From Clostridiales bacterium (GTDB lineage Bacteria; Bacillota; Clostridia; Christensenellales; UBA1242): a stretch of DNA of 64,000 nt. The position numbers and the translations under genes were made by a program. Below, piece by piece: positions 48,903 to 59,323 of this stretch. The notes beneath the pieces were generated by a model that saw only the letters and a list, made by a program, of their open reading frames with translations, searched no databases and was not told the DNA's origin. Each line of letters begins with the position of its first letter. The stretch's first letter is position 1. The stretch spans positions 73,099 through 137,098 of the forward strand of contig CAKJYJ010000005.1 of the NCBI GenBank assembly GCA_918262735.1, in the 5' to 3' direction.

Positions 48903-50744
48903 TTAGTCGACCGTGATTTCGCCCCTTAAAATTTTACCTCTTTCTCTCATGCGCATATTGTGATCTAAAATCTTTTTTCTAATTCTGATTGATTTTGGAG
49001 TTACTTCCAAATACTCATCCGGTGCCAAAAATTCAATACAATCTTCCAAACTCATAATTCTAATTGGAACAAGTCTTAGTGCCTCATCTGCACCAGACGA
49101 TCTACAGTTTGACAAGTGTTTTGTTTTACAAACATTAACACAAATGTCATCACCTTTTGGATTTTGGCCAACAACCATTCCTCCATAAACAGGAACTCCG
49201 GCGCCAATAAACAAATCGCCCCTCTCTTGAGCGTTGAATAGCCCATAAACAACCGACTCTCCGGTTTCAAATGCAATTAGCGAACCGTATTCCCTTGCAT
49301 CAATTTCGCCCTTGTATGGTTCATAGTCATAGAACACAGAACCCATAATACCTTCACCTTTTGTGTCGGTTAAAAGTTCACTCTTAAAACCAAACAATCC
49401 TCTTTCTGGAACATAGAACTCCATCTTCATACGGCTACCCTTTGGCGTCATTCCAATAAGTTCGCCCTTTCTTATGCCCATTTTATTCATTATTGTTCCA
49501 ACACTATCTGCCGGAACATCAATTGTTAATATATCTACTGGCTCGCATTTAACACCATTGATTTCTTTATATCTAACCCTTGGATTGCTAACCTGAAACT
49601 CATAGCCATCACGACGCATATTTTCAATTAGAATACTAAGGTGCATTTCTCCTCTTCCGCAAACGGTAAATGCATCACTAGTTTGTGTGTCTGAAACTCT
49701 TAAAGATAGGTCTTTAACTGCCTCTTTATATAATCTGTCTCTAAGATGCCTGCTTGTAACATATTTTCCTTCTTTGCCCGCAAATGGAGAATCGTTAACC
49801 AAAAATGTCATTTCAACACTTGGTTCGGCTATTTTAACAAATTCTAATGGTTCAACTCTTTCTGGGGCGCAGATTGTGTCGCCAATCATTGTGTCGTCTA
49901 TTCCAGCAATACAGCAAATATCTCCAACTGAAACTTCTTTTGCTGGGTTCCTTTTTAAACCATCAAATGTAAAAAGCTGAACAATCTTTCCCCTAACTTT
50001 TTTATCTGGTTCATGATAGTTGCAAACAACAATGTTGTCGTTAACATGAAAAGTTCCGCTTTCAACCTTTCCAATTGCAAGCCTTCCAACATAATCGTTC
50101 TGCTCCGCTGATGATATTAACATTCTTGCAGGAGCTTTATCGTCACCCTCTGGGGCAGGAATGTGCTCTAATATTGTTTCAAATAATGGAACAAAATTTG
50201 TGCCCGTTTCATTTGGATTTTTTGAGGCAACCCCCGTTCTTGCAGACGCAAAAACAAATGGACTATTCAACTGGTCATCATTTGCATTCAAATCCATTAA
50301 TAACTCTAACACTTCGTCTTGAACCTCACCAAGCCTTGCGTCAGGTTTATCAATTTTATTTACAACAACAATAACCTTTAGACCAAGTGAAAGGGCCTTT
50401 TCTAACACAAACCTCGTTTGAGGCATGGTTCCTTCATATGCGTCAACAACTAAAAGTACGCCGTCAACCATCTTTAATACCCGCTCAACTTCACCACCAA
50501 AATCAGCATGTCCAGGAGTGTCGATAATATTTATTTTAACCCCGTTAAACTCACAACTTGTGTTTTTGGCAAGAATTGTTATTCCTCTTTCTTTTTCAAG
50601 AGCATTAGAATCCATTACCCTATCTTCAACAACCTGATTATCCCTAAACACATTGCCCTGTTTTAACATCTCGTTAACCAAGCTTGTTTTACCATGGTCA
50701 ACGTGAGCAATTATTGCAACATTTCTTATTTTTTCGTTTTTCAT
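48903..50744 (-). CDS. typA: translational GTPase TypA/BipA
   Basis: MKNEKIRNVAIIAHVDHGKTSL...DTPGHADFGGEVER. Start at ATG 50744 (GAGG 5 nt upstream); the ORF-track start at 50789 adds 15 non-conserved residues. Confidence 0.95.
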   Translation of the reverse strand: MKNEKIRNVAIIAHVDHGKTSLVNEMLKQGNVFRDNQVVEDRVMDSNALEKERGITILAKNTSCEFNGVKINIIDTPGHADFGGEVERVLKMVDGVLLVVDAYEGTMPQTRFVLEKALSLGLKVIVVVNKIDKPDARLGEVQDEVLELLMDLNANDDQLNSPFVFASARTGVASKNPNETGTNFVPLFETILEHIPAPEGDDKAPARMLISSAEQNDYVGRLAIGKVESGTFHVNDNIVVCNYHEPDKKVRGKIVQLFTFDGLKRNPAKEVSVGDICCIAGIDDTMIGDTICAPERVEPLEFVKIAEPSVEMTFLVNDSPFAGKEGKYVTSRHLRDRLYKEAVKDLSLRVSDTQTSDAFTVCGRGEMHLSILIENMRRDGYEFQVSNPRVRYKEINGVKCEPVDILTIDVPADSVGTIMNKMGIRKGELIGMTPKGSRMKMEFYVPERGLFGFKSELLTDTKGEGIMGSVFYDYEPYKGEIDAREYGSLIAFETGESVVYGLFNAQERGDLFIGAGVPVYGGMVVGQNPKGDDICVNVCKTKHLSNCRSSGADEALRLVPIRIMSLEDCIEFLAPDEYLEVTPKSIRIRKKILDHNMRMRERGKILRGEITVD

Positions 50745-50809
50745 ACTAACCTCTAAATTACAAGTGAGTATTGTAGCACAACCACACATAACTTTTCAAG
50801 AGAAAAATT

Positions 50810-50835
50810 AAAAAATCTCACAAAATTTGTGAGAC
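50810..50835 (-). terminator. intrinsic terminator after the DivIVA-domain gene
   Basis: Minus strand: TCTCACA-(5 nt)-TGTGAGA followed by TTTTT. Confidence 0.65.
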
Positions 50836-50869
50836 TAAATATAAAGAATAATAATTGTTAACAAATTGA

Positions 50870-51703
50870 TTAACCGTTTTGCTCAAAAAAGTCAAAACTT
50901 TTCATAATTTCTTCCAAATCCTCTTTAGGATTAACTGCTTCTTTTAGGTCAAAACCACTTTCGTTTACGTCTGGCATTGCACCAACCTTGGCGGTTAATT
51001 TGCTTGCATATGCAGAATCAACACTTGCATCTTCGGTTAAAAACTTATCAACAAGCGATTCATATTTCTCGCCATCTTTTAGTTTTGCATCATAAATTGG
51101 CTTTATCATAGTTGTCTTTTCTTCCAACCTGTTTAGCTCACTTTGCTTTGTTTGCATGTCCTTTGGAATTGGTTTTCTTGGCCTTTGCGCCACCCTACTG
51201 TCAACACCATTAGACAACTGCTTGTCTAACCCCGAATTCATTTTTAATAACAGTTGTCTCATAGGGTCTGTTGAGGTTGTGTTTACAGCCGTCGCCGTAA
51301 ATCTAAAATCCTCTTTTATGCTATTTTTAATTGCGTTTTTAAAATCTACCATCAGCCTTTTAACATTATCTTTTTCATCAAGCGCTGGATATTTTTCCAC
51401 AATTTCGTTCAGTATTCGTTCGTATCTTGCATAAAGAATTTGTAATTCTTGAAGCTTTAATTTATAAACATTTGAACTACTCTTTTCAATTTGTTTTGCT
51501 CTTTCAACCGCGGTTGTTAAGGCAACGGAAATATTGTTTTCTTTTTCCTTCATTTCTTTTTCTCTCATCCTGTAGCCAACCAACTCTTTATTAAGCATGG
51601 TTATTTGATTTCTGCACCCCGCCAATTCTTTTTCAATTCCCAACACGTATGCATTTACTTCTTCTTTGTTATAACCATTTTTTGAAGTCTGAAATTCTTT
51701 CAT
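50870..51703 (-). CDS. DivIVA domain-containing protein
   Basis: N-terminus FQTSKNGYNKEEVNAYVLGIEKEL (DivIVA motif) followed by coiled-coil. Confidence 0.8.
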   Translation of the reverse strand: MKEFQTSKNGYNKEEVNAYVLGIEKELAGCRNQITMLNKELVGYRMREKEMKEKENNISVALTTAVERAKQIEKSSSNVYKLKLQELQILYARYERILNEIVEKYPALDEKDNVKRLMVDFKNAIKNSIKEDFRFTATAVNTTSTDPMRQLLLKMNSGLDKQLSNGVDSRVAQRPRKPIPKDMQTKQSELNRLEEKTTMIKPIYDAKLKDGEKYESLVDKFLTEDASVDSAYASKLTAKVGAMPDVNESGFDLKEAVNPKEDLEEIMKSFDFFEQNG

Positions 51704-52197
51704 CTATTACCCCTTAAATTTTTTCTTACTCTTAGTAGAACATTAATTAAAATAGCAACCAAATAAACCCCATTTACAAGCATTAACAAAAGAAAACTAA
51801 TATGGTTTGCCTTGTAATACATTAGTAGTATAGCCTCAAAAAAGAGAATTGTAAATATTTTAATATGAATAAATTGTCGAAATCTTACGAATACTGCAAA
51901 ATGTGCAATTGAAACGCATAAAACATACACTGGATAAAAATACCCAAAAGAAAATAAATTTAAGTATTGAAATATCGAACACGCCCCAATTAGTAGTAAT
52001 GCACTCCCATACAAAAAACTTGAGTCAAGATTATATAAATGAGAATAAAAAAGGGAAAATCCCCCTATTGATATGACCAATGCGCTAAACCACAAATTAT
52101 GTATGTAAAAATCGTTTATCTTAATAAATAACAAAAAAATGAGCAGTGCCAATTCAAGCAAAGCAAAAATAATTAGACCCCTACTCTTGTTTTCCAT
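51700..52197 (-). CDS. polytopic membrane protein, unknown function
   Basis: 165 aa, about 5 TM helices. 4-nt overlap with the downstream DivIVA-like gene and 17-nt overlap with lgt. Confidence 0.6.
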   Translation of the reverse strand: MENKSRGLIIFALLELALLIFLLFIKINDFYIHNLWFSALVISIGGFSLFYSHLYNLDSSFLYGSALLLIGACSIFQYLNLFSFGYFYPVYVLCVSIAHFAVFVRFRQFIHIKIFTILFFEAILLMYYKANHISFLLLMLVNGVYLVAILINVLLRVRKNLRGNR

Positions 52198-52960
52198 TCA
52201 CTCCTCGCCTAGATTTAGTATAAATCCAAACAAGGCTAATTATTCCAGCAAGAACTGCAATCGCACTCGTTAAACTGCTTAGCTTTAACCCAAAAAGCAT
52301 TAGGTTGTACTCTTGTTCTCTAAGGGGTTCAAGCAAAAATCTTATGGCTCCATACATAACAAGATACAGCCCCATAACATACCCTCGAGTTTTTATTCTT
52401 CTAATTAAAACAAATAAAACTGCAAATATTGCTAGGTTAATTAAAAATTCATAAAAGAATAATGCGTAATGCCACTCTCCATTATCTAATAAAACCGCAA
52501 AAGGAAACCATTGCATTGAAGGATTTTCAACAATGTGCCCGTATACTTCTTGATTAAAAAAGTTTCCCCACCTTCCAATTGCTTGACCAAGAGCAAGCGA
52601 AACTGCAGCGACATCAGCAAGGTCAAGAAAGTTTTTCTTATATATGATGCAATAAAGCGCAACGCCAATAGCACCGCCAATTATTCCACCATAAATTGAC
52701 ATGCCCCCTTCCCATGTCTTAAATATTTCCCAAAAAGTATAACTTCTGTCTGCACCCAAAACAAAAAACAACCTTGCCCCAATTATTGCAAGAGGAAGAA
52801 CAAACAGGGCAAGAACATAAATGTTGTCCGCAACCATATTCCTATATTTTGCATTCTTAATACCCAAAATAATGCCAACAAGCATTGCAGTTGCCATTAG
52901 CATTCCATAAAATCTTACATTAATACCTAAAAAAACAAATCCGTTTGGTAAACCTTTCAT
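52181..52960 (-). CDS. lgt: prolipoprotein diacylglyceryl transferase
   Basis: GGMSIYGGIIGGAIG and GRWGNFFNQEVYG signatures. Start at 52960 or 52981. Confidence 0.92.
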   Translation of the reverse strand: MKGLPNGFVFLGINVRFYGMLMATAMLVGIILGIKNAKYRNMVADNIYVLALFVLPLAIIGARLFFVLGADRSYTFWEIFKTWEGGMSIYGGIIGGAIGVALYCIIYKKNFLDLADVAAVSLALGQAIGRWGNFFNQEVYGHIVENPSMQWFPFAVLLDNGEWHYALFFYEFLINLAIFAVLFVLIRRIKTRGYVMGLYLVMYGAIRFLLEPLREQEYNLMLFGLKLSSLTSAIAVLAGIISLVWIYTKSRRGVNGKQE

Positions 52961-53035
52961 GCTTAATATTATATACAACAAAAATAAAAAAGTAAAACAA
53001 ATACTAAACTATTCTCAAGTGATGCCTATATGTAT

Positions 53036-54169
53036 TTATGGGTGTGTAATATTTACAACTCCATATCCTTCTGCATAATTTATGTTCCGTATGGATTTCG
53101 CATTGTGAAGTAAATATCTTTTTATTTGATCAGGCGTTGAATTGGGGTATTTTTCTTTTATTATTGCAACAAGCCCCGCAACCATTGGTGTGGCAACACT
53201 TGTTCCACTCATCTGTTTGTATTCTCCATGACTGTTACATGATGTTATATTAACGCTTGGAGCAATTAAGTCTGGTTTAATTCTCCCAAATGCTGGCCCT
53301 CTTGAAGAAAAGTCCGCAACTTCAAACTTATCAAAACTAAAAGTTCCGTCTAATTCCCGTTTGTCATCAAAACCACCAACAGTGATTATTCTTTTGCTAA
53401 TGCCGGGACTTTTAATTGTTTCTCTTTGGGGTCCAGAGTTGCCAGCAGCACAAACAACAACAATTCCACTTTGCCATAATTTTTCTGCGCCCTTCATTAT
53501 TGGGTCAAAACTACCAAGAGGTTCACTTCCAAAACTCATACAAACAATATCAATGTTATATTTTGTTTTGTTGCTGTAAATCCAATCCATGCTTTCTAAA
53601 ATGGTAACAGCATTTGCTTCTCCTTTTTCATTAAGAGCTTTTAAAGAAATGATATTTGACCCGGGTGCAATTCCACCATATTTTCCATTTGAAATGGTAC
53701 CCGCTCCACTTGCGACCCCACTAACAAATGTTCCATGACCATTGTCATCATATGGGGTTTTTACGCCATTCACAAAATCACAAAATTTTATTATTCTATT
53801 TCTTTTAAGACAAAAGTCCAAATGCTGATTTATGCCAGTATCTATGTATGCAATAGAAACTCCCTTACCAGTGTATCCCAAATTATTTATCCCTAAAATG
53901 TTTTTTGATACGTCCATAAGAGCAAAAACATTTGAAACCGATGAAATAAAATAAACATAGTTTAGTGATGCAACTTTTAATATGTTTGTTGAGTTGAACC
54001 TAACAATAAAAGCATCTAAAAAATCTAAATCCTTAACAACTTCAATATTATTTTTATAAAAAAAATCTTGAATTTTAGATTTGTTGCTGTAGTATACAAC
54101 ACAATCAAAAATGCACTCTTTTTTGCTTAAAATAACAAAATTTAATAGTTTTTTATCAATTTTTTGCAT
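53036..54169 (-). CDS. S8 family (subtilisin-like) serine peptidase, no signal peptide
   Basis: Catalytic triad contexts AYIDTGI (Asp), HGTFVSG (His) and GTSVATPMVAG (Ser). N-terminal I9-like propeptide region. Confidence 0.88.
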   Translation of the reverse strand: MQKIDKKLLNFVILSKKECIFDCVVYYSNKSKIQDFFYKNNIEVVKDLDFLDAFIVRFNSTNILKVASLNYVYFISSVSNVFALMDVSKNILGINNLGYTGKGVSIAYIDTGINQHLDFCLKRNRIIKFCDFVNGVKTPYDDNGHGTFVSGVASGAGTISNGKYGGIAPGSNIISLKALNEKGEANAVTILESMDWIYSNKTKYNIDIVCMSFGSEPLGSFDPIMKGAEKLWQSGIVVVCAAGNSGPQRETIKSPGISKRIITVGGFDDKRELDGTFSFDKFEVADFSSRGPAFGRIKPDLIAPSVNITSCNSHGEYKQMSGTSVATPMVAGLVAIIKEKYPNSTPDQIKRYLLHNAKSIRNINYAEGYGVVNITHP

Positions 54170-54182
54170 AAATTACACTTTT

Positions 54183-54455
54183 TTATTGTATTTTTTTTAA
54201 TATCTCTTTAATTCTTATTCTTTGCTCATCAGACAAAAATGGACTCATTTTTTCAATCATTTTAACCAAAGCCTCATAATTAAATTTTCCTTCTTTTTTT
54301 TGTAACTCAACATTTTTTAATAATTCAAACAAAAGCTCGTCTTCATTTTTATCTTTATATTTGTTATATAAATCTTCCACCTTTTCTTCGGCAATTTTTG
54401 AATTGTCTTTGTTTCTTTCTGTATCGTTACCATTGCAATATTCCTTAAACCCCAT
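54183..54455 (-). CDS. small hypothetical protein (helical, Lys/Glu-rich)
   Basis: 90 aa. No family recognised. Confidence 0.5.
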   Translation of the reverse strand: MGFKEYCNGNDTERNKDNSKIAEEKVEDLYNKYKDKNEDELLFELLKNVELQKKEGKFNYEALVKMIEKMSPFLSDEQRIRIKEILKKIQ

Positions 54456-54502
54456 TTTTACTCCTTTTTTGTTTATATGAAAAAAATAAACTATTTGTTA
54501 AT

Positions 54503-54931
54503 GTGACAATTAGTTATTATTTATCATATATATTCATAATGAATAATTCCTTGCTTAATATGTTAATAAAAATGATTTCTGGCAACGATACAGATAATCT
54601 ATCTCCCAACAAAAACAATCAAACACACTATTATCCAGATGTGTTTTTTACTCAATCATACATGAATGGCAATAAAACCACAACAAACACACAAACAAAT
54701 AATGAAACGTTTAGAAACACACTCTCGCCAGAGATAATAAAAAAAATCTTGCCCATTCTTTTAACAAAGGGCAAGAAAATTGACATGGCCGAATTATTAT
54801 CAATGGTAAATCCTCAGCTTGCAGAAATAATGTCTTTAACTAAATCATTTAAGGAAGATAACAAATCTGAGCATGATAATAATAACAAAGCTTCTTTAAT
54901 TGATATGTCAGAGTATACTGAAATCTCTTAA
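54503..54931 (+). CDS. hypothetical Asn/Thr-rich protein
   Basis: 142 aa ORF. More likely starts at ATG 54539. Low-complexity middle region and no clear RBS. Confidence 0.35.
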   Translation: MTISYYLSYIFIMNNSLLNMLIKMISGNDTDNLSPNKNNQTHYYPDVFFTQSYMNGNKTTTNTQTNNETFRNTLSPEIIKKILPILLTKGKKIDMAELLSMVNPQLAEIMSLTKSFKEDNKSEHDNNNKASLIDMSEYTEIS

Positions 54932-54943
54932 TAAATATTTCAA

Positions 54944-55687
54944 TTACACATTGGCTATTTTTGCAAACTCTTCTGCAACCAGTGATGCACCGCCAACCAA
55001 AAGACCATTAATTCCCGGAATTGAACTAAATGTTTTTGCATTCTGAGAGTTTATGCTACCGCCATATAGAATTTTAATGTTCTTACTAGCAGTTTCCGAA
55101 TATTCCTGTTTTATTTCATTCCTTATGATTCCTGAAACCTGCTCAACTTCCTTCTGAGTTGGCAATTTCCCAGTTCCTATTGACCATATCGGTTCGTAGG
55201 CAATTATAATATTTTTAAGTTCGTTTTCATAAAGCCCCCTTAGAGCCTCTGAAATTTCCCTTTCTAAAACTTGCTTAAATTTCTTTGACTGACGTTCATA
55301 TTTTGTTTCTCCAACACAAAGAACAACCTTAAGCCCCTGACCAAGCGACTGTTTAATTTTTGTGTTTATTGCGTCATTCTTTTCTAAAAATAATTTACGC
55401 CTTTCACTATGTCCAATAATAACATAACTCACACCAACAGCTTTCAACATCTCTGCAGAAACTTCCCCTGTGTATGCTCCATATGGCTCACTGTAAACAT
55501 TTTGTGCACCAAGAAGAACCTTTGACGCTGTTAATTTTTGCTTGGCAAACATTAAATTAACAAAACTTGGAAAAATTGCTACCTCATTTCTACTTGCTGA
55601 CACCAAAGGTAAAAACTTTTCAATATAGATTTCTATGTCTTTTAGCGTCATATTCATTTTCATGTTACCGAATATATATTTTTTCAT
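54944..55687 (-). CDS. tpiA: triose-phosphate isomerase
   Basis: GNMKMN, IIGHSERR, AYEPIWSIGTG, GGASL motifs. Confidence 0.96.
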   Translation of the reverse strand: MKKYIFGNMKMNMTLKDIEIYIEKFLPLVSASRNEVAIFPSFVNLMFAKQKLTASKVLLGAQNVYSEPYGAYTGEVSAEMLKAVGVSYVIIGHSERRKLFLEKNDAINTKIKQSLGQGLKVVLCVGETKYERQSKKFKQVLEREISEALRGLYENELKNIIIAYEPIWSIGTGKLPTQKEVEQVSGIIRNEIKQEYSETASKNIKILYGGSINSQNAKTFSSIPGINGLLVGGASLVAEEFAKIANV

Positions 55688-55689
55688 AA

Positions 55690-56880
55690 TTAACCCTCAA
55701 CATTAATTTCTGTAATAATATCAACGCCCGGCAAACTTTCTCCCGCCATTAGCTTTAGACTTGCACCACCACCAGAAGAAACGTGATATATTCTTTTTAT
55801 GTCTCCAGCCTTTTTGATTGCAGCAACACTATCGCCACCACCAACGATTGCCTTTCCCTTAAATTTTATTACAGCCTTTGCAATCACTGCAGTTCCCCTT
55901 GCAAAGTTCTTAAACTCAAAAACTCCAAGAGGGCCGTTCCAAATTAGAGATTTTGCCTTCTTGATTTCTTTTTTGAACAGTTTTATGGTTTTTTTGCCAA
56001 TATCCATTCCTTGAAGATCGGCAGGGATATCACCATCAATTTTAATTGCTTTTGCATTTGGACTAAACTCCTCGGCACACATGTAATCACAAGGTAAAAC
56101 AATATTCACACCATTTGCCTTTGCCCTTTCTAGTATTTCTTTTGCAATATCTAACTTTTCATCATCCACCAAAGATTTACCAACGCTAACACCATTTGCT
56201 TTTAAAAATGTAAATGCCATGCCACCGCCAATTAATAATGTTTTACACTTACCCATAAGGTGATTAATAAGCCCAATTTTGTCTCCAACCTTTGCCCCAC
56301 CAAGAATGGCAACAAGAGGTTGTTCTGGATTGTCTATAAGCGACCTAATTGCATTAATCTCTCTACCCATCAAAAAGCCAACGGCATTAGGTAACAGTTT
56401 TGCAACGCCATATGTTGATGCGTGTTTTCTATGAGCAGTTCCAAAAGCGTCGTTAACATAAATATCTGCTAAATTTGCCAATTTTTGGGCAAAAACACTA
56501 TCATTTTCCTCTTCTTCCTTGTGAAAACGTAAATTTTCAAGTAGCAAAACATCTCCATCTTTTAGTTCTTCTACCTTCTTTTCCGCCTCTTCACCAACAC
56601 AATCGCTAACAAAATAAACTTTTCCCACCAATTCTTTTACTAAATATTTCGCAACAGGAAGCAAAGAATATTTTGGATTTACATCGCCATCTGGCCTGCC
56701 AAGATGTGAACAAATAATTACTTTTGCATTATGCATAATTAAATATTTTATTGTTGGTAATTCCACTTTAATTCTTGTGTCGTCCGTTATGATTCCATTT
56801 TCATCAATTGGAACATTAAAATCAACTCTAAGCAAAACCCTTTTGCCAGCAACATCAATATCCTTAATTGTTCTTTTCAT
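55690..56880 (-). CDS. pgk: phosphoglycerate kinase
   Basis: KRVLLRVDFNVP...SHLGRP...GGGDS. Start at ATG 56880 (AAGGGGGA RBS). Confidence 0.96.
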   Translation of the reverse strand: MKRTIKDIDVAGKRVLLRVDFNVPIDENGIITDDTRIKVELPTIKYLIMHNAKVIICSHLGRPDGDVNPKYSLLPVAKYLVKELVGKVYFVSDCVGEEAEKKVEELKDGDVLLLENLRFHKEEEENDSVFAQKLANLADIYVNDAFGTAHRKHASTYGVAKLLPNAVGFLMGREINAIRSLIDNPEQPLVAILGGAKVGDKIGLINHLMGKCKTLLIGGGMAFTFLKANGVSVGKSLVDDEKLDIAKEILERAKANGVNIVLPCDYMCAEEFSPNAKAIKIDGDIPADLQGMDIGKKTIKLFKKEIKKAKSLIWNGPLGVFEFKNFARGTAVIAKAVIKFKGKAIVGGGDSVAAIKKAGDIKRIYHVSSGGGASLKLMAGESLPGVDIITEINVEG

Positions 56881-57026
56881 AAATCCCCCTTTTCTACACA
56901 CCTACATTTTAACATATATATATTTGAAAACAAAATAAAAATGCAGTCAAAAATAAAAAATTGTAATTATCTGGCTTAATTTACCATAAGATATAATGTA
57001 TACTCTTGAAACAAGGAACTTTCGTT

Positions 57027-57797
57027 ATGTTAATTAAAAAACATAAGAATTTTTATACTAAAATATTTGCTATGGCCACCATAATCGTTTCTTTTTGTTT
57101 AATGCTAAGCCTTGCCGATTTATTTTCCAGTTTAATCACGGTTGGTGGTTTTTCTTTCACCAGTGATGAAATATCACTGCCACAATATAAAGTTTATGCA
57201 GTTTGCACATCAAGCTACCAAACAAAAATTCAGGCGGACGAGGGTGCACAGCAAATACAAATGCAAGGTGGCGCCGGATATGTTTTAATGGATAATAACG
57301 AATACGTTCTTATTGCAAGTATATACGACAACCCTTCCGATGCAAAAAAAGTTCTTGAGCAAATAGCAAATAATAAACCTAATGCAAAAGTTGTTGAAAT
57401 ACAGATAAATTCAATAACAGTTAGTAGCAATATGGACTCTTCTGAAAGAGAATCATTAATTAAAACTTTAGAGGTTTTTAAGAATACATATAAACGACTC
57501 TATGACATTTCTGTTAGCCTAGACACCTCGGTAATAAAGGAAATAAATGCCAGACTTTCCATTAACGACTTAAACAGTGAAATAAACAAAACAATAAGTA
57601 ATCATAACACTTTTTTTGGAAACCAAGCATCCTTATTTCTAATAAACATAAACAATTCGCTATCCTCGCTATGCAAAATTATGCAAGAGTTAATTGATGA
57701 TAATTATAACCCTTACACCTCTAAAATAAAACTTGCATACACAAAAGTTATTCTTGAGTATAGAACTTTAGCAGATAATCTTACTATTATGTCTTAA
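57027..57797 (+). CDS. membrane-anchored SPOR-like domain protein
   Basis: N-terminal TM helix. YKVYAVCTSSYQTKIQADEGAQQIQMQGGAGYVLMDNNEYVLIASIYDNPSDAKKVLEQI resembles a SPOR repeat. Start at ATG 57027 (AAGGAA 8 nt upstream). Confidence 0.55.
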   Translation: MLIKKHKNFYTKIFAMATIIVSFCLMLSLADLFSSLITVGGFSFTSDEISLPQYKVYAVCTSSYQTKIQADEGAQQIQMQGGAGYVLMDNNEYVLIASIYDNPSDAKKVLEQIANNKPNAKVVEIQINSITVSSNMDSSERESLIKTLEVFKNTYKRLYDISVSLDTSVIKEINARLSINDLNSEINKTISNHNTFFGNQASLFLININNSLSSLCKIMQELIDDNYNPYTSKIKLAYTKVILEYRTLADNLTIMS

Positions 57798-57831
57798 AAA
57801 AAGGGCAATGCCGGCCACGCCGACATTGCCC
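57796..57831 (-). terminator. GC-rich intrinsic terminator
   Basis: GGGCAATG-(CGGC..GCCG)-CATTGCCC nested hairpin followed by TTTTTTT on the minus strand. Confidence 0.8.
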
Positions 57832-57838
57832 AAACATT

Positions 57839-58402
57839 TTATTTTTTTCTTAATTCTTCCAAAACTTTATCAACCGCCGCATCAATCGACCTGTCAAATC
57901 TTCTCATAATAAGAGTGCTGAATGGCAAATAGACAGCCTTACTCTTTGACAATTCTAATGGGTCAATATGCATATCTTCAACAACAAATTGACAAATTAA
58001 TTTTCCTAGAACATATTGATAATTAAATTCATTTATATGATTACGCGCACTAATCTTTCCGAAGTCTGCAACGTTAATAATTCTGTCAAATGTATAACCA
58101 AAATGGAGTTTTAACCTATCTAACGAAAATTTATTTCCATTTGAGCCTGCAAGTATGAGCCATTTGTTAGAAAACTCAATATTCTCTGGAACAATCTGGT
58201 TTCCATTCCTGTACCACTCCGCCAAAACATCCTGAGCTATTGGGTCACCCATTGTTGCATCTTCGCATAACTTATCGTACTCTTCAAATAGCACTTTTTC
58301 TGCAGATAATGAACCAAGTTTGGCAACCTTTGCATATATTTTTTCTCTTCTTCTTGCAAACTCATCCTTAAAATCCATGCTAGACATTGCTTCGTAATCC
58401 AT
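57839..58402 (-). CDS. hypothetical protein (possible Sel1-like repeat)
   Basis: 187 aa from ATG 58402 (GAGAGG RBS). GDPIAQDVLAEWYRNG...NKWLILAGSNGN is weakly Sel1-like. Confidence 0.5.
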   Translation of the reverse strand: MDYEAMSSMDFKDEFARRREKIYAKVAKLGSLSAEKVLFEEYDKLCEDATMGDPIAQDVLAEWYRNGNQIVPENIEFSNKWLILAGSNGNKFSLDRLKLHFGYTFDRIINVADFGKISARNHINEFNYQYVLGKLICQFVVEDMHIDPLELSKSKAVYLPFSTLIMRRFDRSIDAAVDKVLEELRKK

Positions 58403-58457
58403 ACAACACCTCTCATCGTTAAGTATACAAAATTTATCAAAAATGTGCAAATAATTT

Positions 58458-59186
58458 TCATAATTCTTTATTTTGTGTTTTTGTTGTCTTTTTTGATTTA
58501 ACTCCGCTTACCAAATTTTTCTGCGAATTCGCTTTTATTGTTAAATAAACATTAGTTAACCCAAGTTCAAAATATGGAACAATAAAAATAAACAAAACAA
58601 ACAAATATGAGATGCTCATTGAAACAATTGGTATCCAATAATTAATATCAAAACTAAGTTTTATGGCACACCCGATAGCACCAAAAATACAAAGGAATAT
58701 TAACGACACCAAGAAGTAACTAAGATACACTATAAAAATTTGAAAACGATAACCATAAACCATCTTTTTGGATTTTATCATAGCTTCTAATGAATTAACA
58801 CTGTCATCTTCTGCCATAATGAACGATGCCATTGAATAGTTAAGTGCAGAAACAATACCTGGCACAATAAACACAATTGACCACAAAAAAGAAATTAAAA
58901 CCATTGAAAATTTTAAGCAAAACGCCTTGACACATATTTTCCATTTTGAAAAAATATCTTCAATTTTTGCGTATTCATCACAAGCAACGGCTATCAAATA
59001 TTTCTTAATTCCTAAACACAAAAAACACGATGCAAATATAGAAAGAGCAATGCCCATTACCGGAAATAAGAATAACAAAAATAAAGTTCCCACACCCAAC
59101 GCAACCGCAAGTATACATTCAAATCCCCTTTCGCAAAATTGTTTTGATGTGTTGTTAATGTATATGTTATAATCCAATTTTTGCAT
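58458..59186 (-). CDS. polytopic membrane protein (DUF975-like?)
   Basis: 242 aa, about 5-6 TM helices, basic C-terminal tail. Confidence 0.55.
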   Translation of the reverse strand: MQKLDYNIYINNTSKQFCERGFECILAVALGVGTLFLLFLFPVMGIALSIFASCFLCLGIKKYLIAVACDEYAKIEDIFSKWKICVKAFCLKFSMVLISFLWSIVFIVPGIVSALNYSMASFIMAEDDSVNSLEAMIKSKKMVYGYRFQIFIVYLSYFLVSLIFLCIFGAIGCAIKLSFDINYWIPIVSMSISYLFVLFIFIVPYFELGLTNVYLTIKANSQKNLVSGVKSKKTTKTQNKEL

Positions 59187-59290
59187 AAAAAATACCCCTT
59201 TATAGAGGTATTTTTAACATTTTTCATTGATTTATTCTTTATTTTTTTAATATTTGGTGCCAAGGCTTGCCTATTTTTTTCTTGTGAGCA

Positions 59291-59315
59291 TAAAAAAAGA
59301 AAACCGAAGTTTTCT
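59291..59315 (-). terminator. intrinsic terminator after rplS
   Basis: Minus strand: AGAAAAC-TTCG-GTTTTCT followed by TTTTTTT. Confidence 0.8.
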
Positions 59316-59323
59316 TGTTTTTA

